DNA of 64,000 nucleotides, from NCBI GenBank assembly GCA_963662625.1, contig OY759726.1:1-64000 (forward strand). The letters run 5' to 3'. The notes below the pieces were generated by a model that was not told the DNA's origin, did not search any database, and worked only from the letters and a program-made list of their open reading frames with translations. The translations under genes and the position numbers were made by a program. Every line of letters begins with the position of its first letter. The first letter of the stretch is position 1. This DNA is from Nitrosopumilus sp. (GTDB taxonomy: Archaea > Thermoproteota > Nitrososphaeria > Nitrososphaerales > Nitrosopumilaceae). Positions 42,760 through 51,024 of this stretch are shown one piece after another.

Positions 42760-42990
42760 GAAGCATGTTGTAATTTTAATTTGCACGCGCGGTACTCGTG
42801 TTTTCCACTTTTGAGAGGGTTTGTGGCTAGGTGTTGACCTAGACGTTAATTCGTTTTAGCTAACATATGCAATTGATGTAAAGCGCAAAAAGAAAATTTC
42901 AAATTAAAATAAGGGCGGGATTGAAATCTCCGTTACAAATACTGTTAACATATTACTAATATAGTAAACACATAAAATAATTGTTCATTT
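42760..42990 (-). promoter_or_regulatory. AT-rich upstream region of the dnd operon with TATA-like element and palindromes
   Basis: ATTAAAATTA about 26-35 bp before dndB; palindromes tgttaaca (42943-42950) and ttacta-ata-tagtaa (42953-42967). Confidence 0.45.
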
Positions 42991-43278
42991 TGGCCGGAAC
43001 TATCTCCGGGTTCATCGTGCCCCATATTGACCCAGTGGGTTCTACGGCGTCACCGCACAGGCGGCTACCTAGATAGTTCGTCACCACCCCATAGTCAGCG
43101 CATTATCTATTCGCTCATTTTGGTCCAGGGGGGATTCTTTTTGCGCATGGTGGCAAGCGTGGATCCGCCATATTGCATGTGTCAGTAGCACGTTGCTAGT
43201 CGATTTCATAATGCGTTGAGTACAGAATACGGGCCCCGCGCCGCGCAGGAAATGATGCGGCACCATAGGCACCGGCGG

Positions 43279-44778
43279 TCACGTGAACGCGTCGAGGCCT
43301 GTCTTGCCCGCGGCCTGGTTTTTCTTCAGCTCCCGCTCCATCCTGTCGCCCATGGACCTTGCCGCCGTCATCTTCCGCCGCCCTATCCAGTAGTACGTCT
43401 CGTCGATGGTCCCCCTGGCGATGAGGACGGTCAGCCTGCCGGCGTCCTTCCGCCCCGTCCTCCCGCGCCGCTGGACGAACCGGATCGAGCTGGGCACGTT
43501 GTCGTAGAACACGACCTGGTTCACCTCGGAGATGTCCAGCCCCTCCTCGCCGACTCGGGTGGCCACCAGCGCCCTGATCTGGCCGTCGCGGAACTTCCGC
43601 ACGACCTCGACCTGCTTCTTCTGCTTCAGCCCCGACTCGCCGGCCTTGCCGATCAGTATGCCCGCCGGGATCCCCATCTCGGCCAGGCTGTCGCGTATGA
43701 CGTCGACGGAGTCGCGGTAGCTGGAGAAGACCAGCACCTTGCCTGGGACGGACTCTATTATCTCCCTGAGCTTCGGGATCTTCGAGTGCTCGATCCCCTT
43801 GGCCTTGGCCTCGTTTGCCAGCCGGACTGCCCTGGTGAAGTTGGGGTCCTCCTCGAAGAGCTCCCTGACCCCGGCCCCCTTCTTTGCGCGGGCCCGCTCG
43901 CAGAACTTCAGGAACGGCGTGATCCCGTGCGCCTCCAGGATGTTCAGCGCGTAGTGGATCCTGATCGCCGTGAACAGCGGCTTCGCGGAGCGCCTGTCCC
44001 GGCCCAGGACGTGCGGCCGCAGCCGCAGCAGCGCCGAGAGCGACCGGTTGTCGCCCACGCCCACCCCGTTCCTGCGCAGGGTGGCGTACCTCTCGTCGAG
44101 CGCCAGCTTTACCAGCTTCTGGATCGCCCTCATCTCCGGCGGCAGGTCCACCTTGACCCACCGCGTGTCGGTCCGCTGGACGTAGGGCCTGACGTCGGGG
44201 CTCTCCTCGGTCCTCTCGGCCACGCTGGCTATCCGCAGCCTGGTCAGGATCTCGGTGGCCTTCTCCCTCTCGCTGGGCAGGGTGGCGGTCATGCCCAGGA
44301 TCCTGGCCCCCGTGCCCTCGAGGCGCCGGGCGATCCCGGAGTACGCATAGTCCCCCACCGCCCTGTGCACCTCGTCGAACACCACCAGCGAGAACTGCGA
44401 CGGGGAGACGAGCCCCCTGTCCAGGTCGTTCTTGGCGATCTCCGGCGTGGCGCACACCACGCTGCCGCCCCACGCGCGGGCCCGCCTCTTGATCGGGTCC
44501 TCGCCGGTGACAAGCGAGACGTCCTCCAGCGTGAGGCTGTCCCCGAGGAACCCGTGGTGCTGTGCCGCCAGCACGCGGGTCGGCGCCAGGAACAGCACGC
44601 CGCCCTCCCCCCGGGAGAGGAACTCGGACATCACGTGCAGCGCCACGGCGGTCTTGCCGAGCCCCGTGGGCAGCACCACGATGCAGTTCTCCGCGGCCGC
44701 CTGCGCGGCCAGGTTCTCCTGGTAGTCCCGCCTCTCGACGGCGTCCCTCCTGATGTACCTCTTTTCCACGTATTCCAC
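43279..44778 (-). CDS. Hef/FANCM-like DEAH helicase (helicase part only)
   Basis: LPTGLGKT, DEVHR, MTAT, EEGLDI, QRRGRTGR. Confidence 0.9.
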   Translation of the reverse strand: MEYVEKRYIRRDAVERRDYQENLAAQAAAENCIVVLPTGLGKTAVALHVMSEFLSRGEGGVLFLAPTRVLAAQHHGFLGDSLTLEDVSLVTGEDPIKRRARAWGGSVVCATPEIAKNDLDRGLVSPSQFSLVVFDEVHRAVGDYAYSGIARRLEGTGARILGMTATLPSEREKATEILTRLRIASVAERTEESPDVRPYVQRTDTRWVKVDLPPEMRAIQKLVKLALDERYATLRRNGVGVGDNRSLSALLRLRPHVLGRDRRSAKPLFTAIRIHYALNILEAHGITPFLKFCERARAKKGAGVRELFEEDPNFTRAVRLANEAKAKGIEHSKIPKLREIIESVPGKVLVFSSYRDSVDVIRDSLAEMGIPAGILIGKAGESGLKQKKQVEVVRKFRDGQIRALVATRVGEEGLDISEVNQVVFYDNVPSSIRFVQRRGRTGRKDAGRLTVLIARGTIDETYYWIGRRKMTAARSMGDRMERELKKNQAAGKTGLDAFT

Positions 44779-44851
44779 GGCAGGCGCCCGATCCGGGGCC
44801 GCGCCATGGGGATTTTATGCTTTCGGGTGGCCGGGCGCGACCCGTCGCCCG

Positions 44852-46148
44852 TAGTCTGTTGCACAACTCGGCACGATCCCCGGGCCGTGGCCAGGCCGTG
44901 CCGCTTGGAGTCCCTACGCCCCCGCCTCCCCCGCCCACCGGTTGTACTGGGCCACCCTGAGCCTTACCTCCTGCACGATGTTCTCCCACCTGCGCGAGTG
45001 CACGTGGTCCCCGAACATCCTCTTGAACGCCGATATGATTATCTCGATCAGCCACCTCCTGCCGTACCCCTTCCTGGCCTTCCAGTACCGGACGTTCTCC
45101 TCCCTCTCCCTCGTGCCCATCCTGTCGACGCGCGCCTCCGGGCCGCCCCCCAGCTGGTCCCGCACCGCCTCGCCCCACGCGCCGCCGGCGCCCTTGCCCC
45201 TGGCGGTGGACGCCACCTTGACCGGGATGATAGGCCCCACGCCCATGTCGCGGCACCTCCGCATGTTGTCCCGCGACGCGTACGCCCCGTCCGCGATCAG
45301 GCGCGCCCCGTGGGAGCCGGGCGGCTGGCCGCACTGCAGCGCGAGCGGCGCCACGCCGCTCGCGAGGAGGTTGGGCGGGGGCGAGCCCACGCGCGGCAGG
45401 GGATCCCCCGCCGCGGCTGCCTTCCCGCGGATCAGCGCCATGCGCCTGTCCTGCTTCCCCGCCGGCTTCCCGTCCGGCTTCCCGTCCGGCTTCCCGTCCG
45501 GCTTCCCGCCACGCGGCTCCACCACGGTTCCCAGGAGCTCCTTCAGCATGGGGGAGTCGCCCGTCCTGTCGTCGGTCACCACCGCCGCGAGTATCTTCTT
45601 CGTGTCGGCGTCGGCCAGCAGGTGCAGCTTGACGAACCCGCGCTTCACCTTCCACTTCTTCCGTATCCACTCGCCCCGGTTGCACTGCTTCAGGCCCGTG
45701 GCGTCGGCCAGCAGGGTCATGGGCTGGCCGCCGCCGGAGACGCGGACGACTCCCCCGCCGATGTCCACGTCGAGGCGCGCCATCCTCCTGGCCAGCACCG
45801 AGTAGTGCGGCGCGCCGTGCCCCCCCAGCATCCCCGCGAGGAGCCCGGACAGCTGCCTGTACTGTACCCCGAGCGAGGTCCTCACCGCGGCGGCGGCCAT
45901 GACCAGCGCCCCGGCGTACCTGAACGGGGCGCCCTCCTTGCCGGCGTTGGCCTCCCTCAGGTCGTCCTCCCAGCCGGGGTCATACGACACAGCCAGGCCC
46001 CTCCCGCGCCTGACGTATTTCTCGTTGTCGGTCGCAGCCAACGGGGACGGTGCGCGGCCGTGATCCAAGGCCTTTTCGGTTTGACATGGTTGGGCCGGGG
46101 GTTCAACTGTTTAGACCCGGCAATTTCTGGCAGTTGTGCAACAGACTA
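44852..46148 (-). mobile_element. IS5-family element copy 3 (transposase 44914-46068)
   Basis: Perfect TIRs; 8-bp TSD gtcgcccg (44844-44851, 46149-46156). Confidence 0.92.
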
Positions 46149-46167
46149 GTCGCCCGAATATCCATAT

Positions 46168-46719
46168 ATGGCACGGGTTGGCATGAAGGGCGTGAGCGGC
46201 TCATTCGAGAGGCCCAGCTGGGACGAGTACTTTATGCTCCAGGCGGAGCTTGCCAAGCTGCGCTCGAACTGCGTGGCCCGGCAGGTCGGGGCGGTCATAG
46301 TGCGGGGCCACAGGCAGCTGGCCACGGGGTACAACGGGACCCCTCCCGGGGTGAAGAACTGCTTCGAGGGGGGGTGCGAGAGGTGCCAGGCGAGGCTGGA
46401 CGGCAGCGTGGTGTCCGGCGAGGCGCTCGAGAGGTGCATGTGCAGCCACGCCGAGGCCAACGCCATAATGCACTGCGCGATACTCGGGATAGGCGCGGGA
46501 ACCGACGGCGCGGTCCTGTACACCACGCTGGCCCCGTGCCTGGAATGCACGAAGATGGCGGTGACCATAGGGATAAGGAGGTTCGTCTGCCTCGACCCCT
46601 ACCCGGAGGCCGTCCACGGGCTGCTCGAGGAGGCCGGCGTCGAGCTGGTGCGGATGGACAGGGGCAGGATCGCGAGGTGGATCGGGGAGCTGTCCGGCGC
46701 GCGCGGGGCGGCCCGGTGA
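46168..46719 (+). CDS. dCMP deaminase
   Basis: RPSWDEYFM, TGYNGTP, HAEANAI, PCLEC. Confidence 0.92.
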   Translation: MARVGMKGVSGSFERPSWDEYFMLQAELAKLRSNCVARQVGAVIVRGHRQLATGYNGTPPGVKNCFEGGCERCQARLDGSVVSGEALERCMCSHAEANAIMHCAILGIGAGTDGAVLYTTLAPCLECTKMAVTIGIRRFVCLDPYPEAVHGLLEEAGVELVRMDRGRIARWIGELSGARGAAR

Positions 46720-46725
46720 GGGCGG

Positions 46726-49278
46726 ATGCTGCCGGCAGACCACGAGAACCCCGAGTCCATGCCCCCGGCGATGCTGGTGTCGGCCACGTACGACAGCCCC
46801 ACCAAGTCGGCCGTGCTCAAGTTCTACGAGCCCGAGTCCGAGGAGCTCTTCCTGTGGAGGGACGAGACGGGGCACAGGCCCTACTGCTACTCCAGGCTGC
46901 CGCCCGACGAGCTGGACTTCCTGCGGGAGAGGGACGACGTGCTGGAGATAAGGCAGGTGGCCCGCAACGACCTGGCTGGGGACAGGGAGATCCCCATGTC
47001 GAAGATAATAGTGGCCGACCCGCTGGCGATAGGCGGCACGGCCGGGGAGAAGAGCATCAGGAACACCATGGAGACGTGGGAGTCGGACATAAAGTACTAC
47101 GAGAACTACCTGTACGACAGGTCGCTCATAGTCGGGAGGTACTACAGGGCCGAGGGCGGGAAGCTGGTCCCGCACGAGGCGGAGATCCCCGCCGGGGTGA
47201 GGGAGGCGCTCAGGGGCCTGCTGTGGGACAGGGACGACGGCGGGAACGTGGTGGACGCCGGCGAGTTCAGGGAGTTCACGGAGGAGTGGGCCGACCTGCT
47301 GAACCAGCCCATACCCAGCATCAGGCGCCTCAGCGTGGACATCGAGGTGGAGGCCGAGCCCGGCAGGGTCCCCGACCCCAAGAGGGCCGAGGGGAAGGTC
47401 ACCGCCATAGGGTTCAAGGGGGGAGGCGGGCTCGACCTGGTACTCGTCCTGAGAACCGAGGGGGCCGCCGAGGGCGCCAACGAGCTGGGGCCCGGCGTCG
47501 AGGCGAGGTTCTACGGCCCGGGCGCGGAGAAGGAGATGATAGCCGACGCCTTCGGGGTGATCTCCGGGTTCCCGTTCCTGGTCACGTACAACGGGGACGA
47601 GTTCGACCTGCCCTACCTCTACAACAGGGCCGAACGGCTCGGGATCCCCAGGGACGACAACCCGCTGTACATGATGAGGGACTCTGCCACCCTCAAGCGC
47701 GGGGTCCACCTGGACCTGTACAGGACGCTCTCCAACCGCTCGTTCCAGATCTACGCGTTCAGCCAGAGCTACACCGACTTTTCCCTCAACAGCGTCTCAA
47801 AGGCGCTGATCGGCAAGGAGAAGATCGACTACGGCGTCGCCCTCGGCGACCTGGAGCTGTACCAGACGGCCAACTACTGCTACAACGACGCCATGCTCAC
47901 CTACGAGCTGACGAGCTTCAACGGCGACCTGCTGATGAACCTGCTCGTCATCATCGCCAGGATCGGCCGCATGCCGGTGGACGACATCGCCAGGATGGGG
48001 GTGTCGCAGTGGATAAGGAGCCTCCTGTACTACGAGCACAGGAAGCGCAACGCCCTGATCCCGAGGAGGGACGAGCTGCAGAAGAGGTCCGAGGGGGTCA
48101 TGTCCGACGCCGTGATCAAGGACAAAAAGTACCGCGGGGGGCTGGTGGTGGACCCCAAGGAGGGGATCCACTTCAACGTCACCGTGATGGACTTTGCCAG
48201 CCTGTACCCGAGCATAATCAAGGTGAGGAACCTGTCGTACGAGACCGTGAGGTGCCCCCACAAGGAATGCGCGGAGAACAGGATCCCGCAGACGAACCAC
48301 TGGGCGTGCTCCAGGAAGAACGGCATGACCTCGACGATAATAGGCTCGCTGAGGGACCTGAGGGTGAACTACTACAAGAGCCTCTCGAGGGAGGAGTCGC
48401 TGTCGGACCAGCAGAGGCAGCAGTACGGCGTGGTCAGCCAGGCGCTCAAGGTCATACTCAACGCGAGCTACGGCGTGATGGGCGCCGAGATATTCCCGCT
48501 GTACTTCCTGCCCGTGGCCGAGGCGACCACGGCGATAGGGAGGCACACGATCCTGGAGACCATCAAGAAGTGCGAGGCGACCGGCATCGAGGTCCTGTAC
48601 GGCGACACCGACTCGCTGTTCATCCTGGACCCGACCGACGAGCAGGTGCGGCGCGTCATCTCCGACGCCAAGGAGGACCACGGGGTCGACCTGGAGGTGG
48701 ACAAGGAGTACCGCTACTGCGTGCTCAGCAACAGGAAGAAGAACTACCTCGGCGTCACGAGGTCCGGGAAGGTCGACGTCAAGGGGCTGACGGGCAAAAA
48801 GTCCCACACGCCGCCGTTCATCAGGGACCTGTTCTACGAGCTGCTCGACGTGCTGGCCGGCGTGCAGAACAGGGAGGACTTTGACAGGGCCAAGCGGGAG
48901 ATCTCGGGCAAGATCGCCGAGTGCGGGAGGAGGGTGGAGTCCAGGGAGATACCGCTGAAGGACCTCACGTTCAACGTGATGATCAGCAAGGCGCCGTCGG
49001 AGTACACGAAGACCATACCCCAGCACATCCGGGCCGCGAAGCTGCTGGAGTCCACCAGGGAGCTGAAGAAGGGGGACAGGATATCCTACGTGAAGGTGAC
49101 GAGCAGGATCGGCGTCAAGCCGGTGGAGCTGGCCAGGAGCGACGAGATCGACTCGAAGAAGTACATGGAGTTCATGGAGTCCACGCTGGAGCAGATCACG
49201 TCGTCGATGGACCTGGACTTTGACGACATGCTGGGCAAGCCAAAGCAGACCGGGCTCGACGAGTACTTTTGGAAGTAG
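46726..49278 (+). CDS. polB: Family B DNA polymerase (PolB1-type)
   Basis: DIEV, YNGDEFD, DFASLYPSII, KVILNASYG, YGDTDS. Confidence 0.97.
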   Translation: MLPADHENPESMPPAMLVSATYDSPTKSAVLKFYEPESEELFLWRDETGHRPYCYSRLPPDELDFLRERDDVLEIRQVARNDLAGDREIPMSKIIVADPLAIGGTAGEKSIRNTMETWESDIKYYENYLYDRSLIVGRYYRAEGGKLVPHEAEIPAGVREALRGLLWDRDDGGNVVDAGEFREFTEEWADLLNQPIPSIRRLSVDIEVEAEPGRVPDPKRAEGKVTAIGFKGGGGLDLVLVLRTEGAAEGANELGPGVEARFYGPGAEKEMIADAFGVISGFPFLVTYNGDEFDLPYLYNRAERLGIPRDDNPLYMMRDSATLKRGVHLDLYRTLSNRSFQIYAFSQSYTDFSLNSVSKALIGKEKIDYGVALGDLELYQTANYCYNDAMLTYELTSFNGDLLMNLLVIIARIGRMPVDDIARMGVSQWIRSLLYYEHRKRNALIPRRDELQKRSEGVMSDAVIKDKKYRGGLVVDPKEGIHFNVTVMDFASLYPSIIKVRNLSYETVRCPHKECAENRIPQTNHWACSRKNGMTSTIIGSLRDLRVNYYKSLSREESLSDQQRQQYGVVSQALKVILNASYGVMGAEIFPLYFLPVAEATTAIGRHTILETIKKCEATGIEVLYGDTDSLFILDPTDEQVRRVISDAKEDHGVDLEVDKEYRYCVLSNRKKNYLGVTRSGKVDVKGLTGKKSHTPPFIRDLFYELLDVLAGVQNREDFDRAKREISGKIAECGRRVESREIPLKDLTFNVMISKAPSEYTKTIPQHIRAAKLLESTRELKKGDRISYVKVTSRIGVKPVELARSDEIDSKKYMEFMESTLEQITSSMDLDFDDMLGKPKQTGLDEYFWK

Positions 49279-49287
49279 GGCCGGGGC

Positions 49288-49566
49288 ATGGAGGACATAC
49301 CGCTGACGATCCTGGGCACGGTGGCAGGGATCCTCATCCTGTCCGGGTGGGTCCAGCAGATAATCAAGGGGCACAGGACGAAGAGCCTCAAGGACCTCTC
49401 GACGTACCTGACCATATTCATCTCGGCCGGCGCCATACTCTGGCTGGTCTACGGGATCATAATCTCCGACGTCTTCATAATAGGGACCAACATCGCGGCG
49501 GTCGTCCTGATGATGACGGTCCTCACCATGAAGAAGAAGTACGACGGGGCAGCGCGCGGGGCGTAG
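49288..49566 (+). CDS. SemiSWEET / PQ-loop family transporter
   Basis: Three TM helices; QIIKGHRTKSLKDLS and LWLVYG pattern. Confidence 0.8.
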   Translation: MEDIPLTILGTVAGILILSGWVQQIIKGHRTKSLKDLSTYLTIFISAGAILWLVYGIIISDVFIIGTNIAAVVLMMTVLTMKKKYDGAARGA

Positions 49567-49691
49567 GGCGGGGCGGGGCTGGCACGGGCCCGGCGCGGGC
49601 ATTCTCCAACCGCGGGCGGGTTCGGCACTGACCCGGGGTTTGCAGTGGGCGTTGCGCAAAGCCTAATAGCGCGCATGCGCCACATGACTGC

Positions 49692-50447
49692 ATGAAACGC
49701 GCAATCCTGACGGTCTCAGGGGAGGTCCAGGGGGTGGGCTTCCGCGACATAGCCAGGCGGGCCGCGAGGAAATGCTCCATCGCGGGTACCGTCGAGAACA
49801 TGGACGACGGGACGGTGCGCATATCGTGCGAGGGGGAAGAGGACGACATCGGGAAGTTCACCGCCGCGCTGCGCCGCGCGGAATTCCCTGCGGAGGTGGA
49901 CGACATACGGGCAGAGTACTCCGAGCCCACCGGGGAATACAGGCGGTTTGCCATAATCCGCGGGGAGGACGGCAGGGAAGACAGGGAGTCGATGAACACC
50001 GGAATAGCCATCCTCCACCAGATGAACGAAAAGCAGGACGCCATGCTCGAAAAGCAGGACGCCATGCTCGAAAAGCAGGACGCCATGCTCGAAAAGCAGG
50101 ACGCCATGCTCGAAAAGCAGGACGCCACCATAGACGGGATCCGCCAGATGAACGAAAAGCAGGACGCCATGCTCGAAAAGCAGGACGCCACCATAGACGG
50201 GATCCGCCAGATGAACGAAAAGCAGGACGCCATGCTCGAAAAGCAGGACGCCACCATAGACGGGATCCGCCAGATGAACGAAAAGCAGGACGCCATGCTC
50301 GAAAAGCAGGACGCCATGCTCGAAAAGCAGGACGCCACCGTAGACGGGATCCGCCAGATCTCATCTGATATCCGCGTCGTGGTGGACGCGCGCCTGCGGC
50401 GCGTGGAGGAAGACGTCGCAAAGATAAAGACAAGGTTGTCGATATGA
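49692..50447 (+). CDS. Acylphosphatase-domain protein with repeat-built coiled coil
   Basis: VSGEVQGVGFR and GTVENMDDGTV motifs followed by heptad repeats. Confidence 0.85.
   Translation: MKRAILTVSGEVQGVGFRDIARRAARKCSIAGTVENMDDGTVRISCEGEEDDIGKFTAALRRAEFPAEVDDIRAEYSEPTGEYRRFAIIRGEDGREDRESMNTGIAILHQMNEKQDAMLEKQDAMLEKQDAMLEKQDAMLEKQDATIDGIRQMNEKQDAMLEKQDATIDGIRQMNEKQDAMLEKQDATIDGIRQMNEKQDAMLEKQDAMLEKQDATVDGIRQISSDIRVVVDARLRRVEEDVAKIKTRLSI
50028..50363 (+). repeat. In-frame 21-bp tandem array (16 heptads of three unit types)
   Basis: Units EKQDAML (A), EKQDATI/V (B), DGIRQMN/IS (C) in order AAAABC-ABC-ABC-AABC. Confidence 0.95.
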
Positions 50448-50568
50448 CCGCGTTGCCACGCCGGCTGCCCCGCGGTTTTTTCGGACGTGGCCGCGGGTGG
50501 CCTCTTTTCCATGATCCGCTTGGCCCGTCCCGCTTCCCGCGGGCAGCCATCGGACGGCACTGCCTTCC

Positions 50569-50755
50569 GGGACATGGCGCCGCCACTGCGTGTCCAGCAA
50601 CAGGAAGAAGAACCATCCGGCGTCACGGGGTCCGCGAAGGTCGGCATCAAGGGGCTGGCGGGCAAAAAGTCCACGCGGTGCCGCTCATCAGGAAGCCACC
50701 CTGCGCGCTGGCCGGCGTGCAGGACGGGGATGGCTTTGACAGGGCCATATGCGGG
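50569..50755 (+). pseudogene. Decayed partial duplicate of polB
   Basis: cagcaacaggaagaagaac...aaggggctg.cgggcaaaaagtcc...gctggccggcgtgcag...tttgacagggcca aligns with polB about 48699-48898. Confidence 0.8.
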
Positions 50756-51024
50756 ACGGGGGCGCGGCATGGCATCGGGCGCCCCGCCTGCACGCTCGGG
50801 GCGCCGCGATCAAAGCCCGCCTCTGCCCGGCAGCGCTGATCCCGCGGGCGTTTGCCGGGTGCCGAAGCGGGATCCGATCTGCATCGCATGGCATTCACCT
50901 GGAGCTGTCGGCACCGCCGTTTTACTCCGACTGCCTCCCGAGTTATGCCGTTACGGCATCCCTCGCTTCGGGCTGCAGGTCCCTGGCGTCGTCTTGGGCG
51001 GAGCGCTCCAGGGCGCTTTGTTGC

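Noticed and set aside
22230-43280. Prophage or integrative element with att sites
   Set aside because: No integrase, structural genes, tRNA or boundary direct repeat found by eye
43196-48884. Very long ORFs 43196-45685, 43216-46149 and 46050-48884
   Set aside because: Arg/Gly/Pro-rich shadow frames over Hef, IS5 and polB, expected in high-GC DNA
50028-50363. Possible CRISPR array
   Set aside because: No unique spacers; units are in-frame coding heptads; no cas genes
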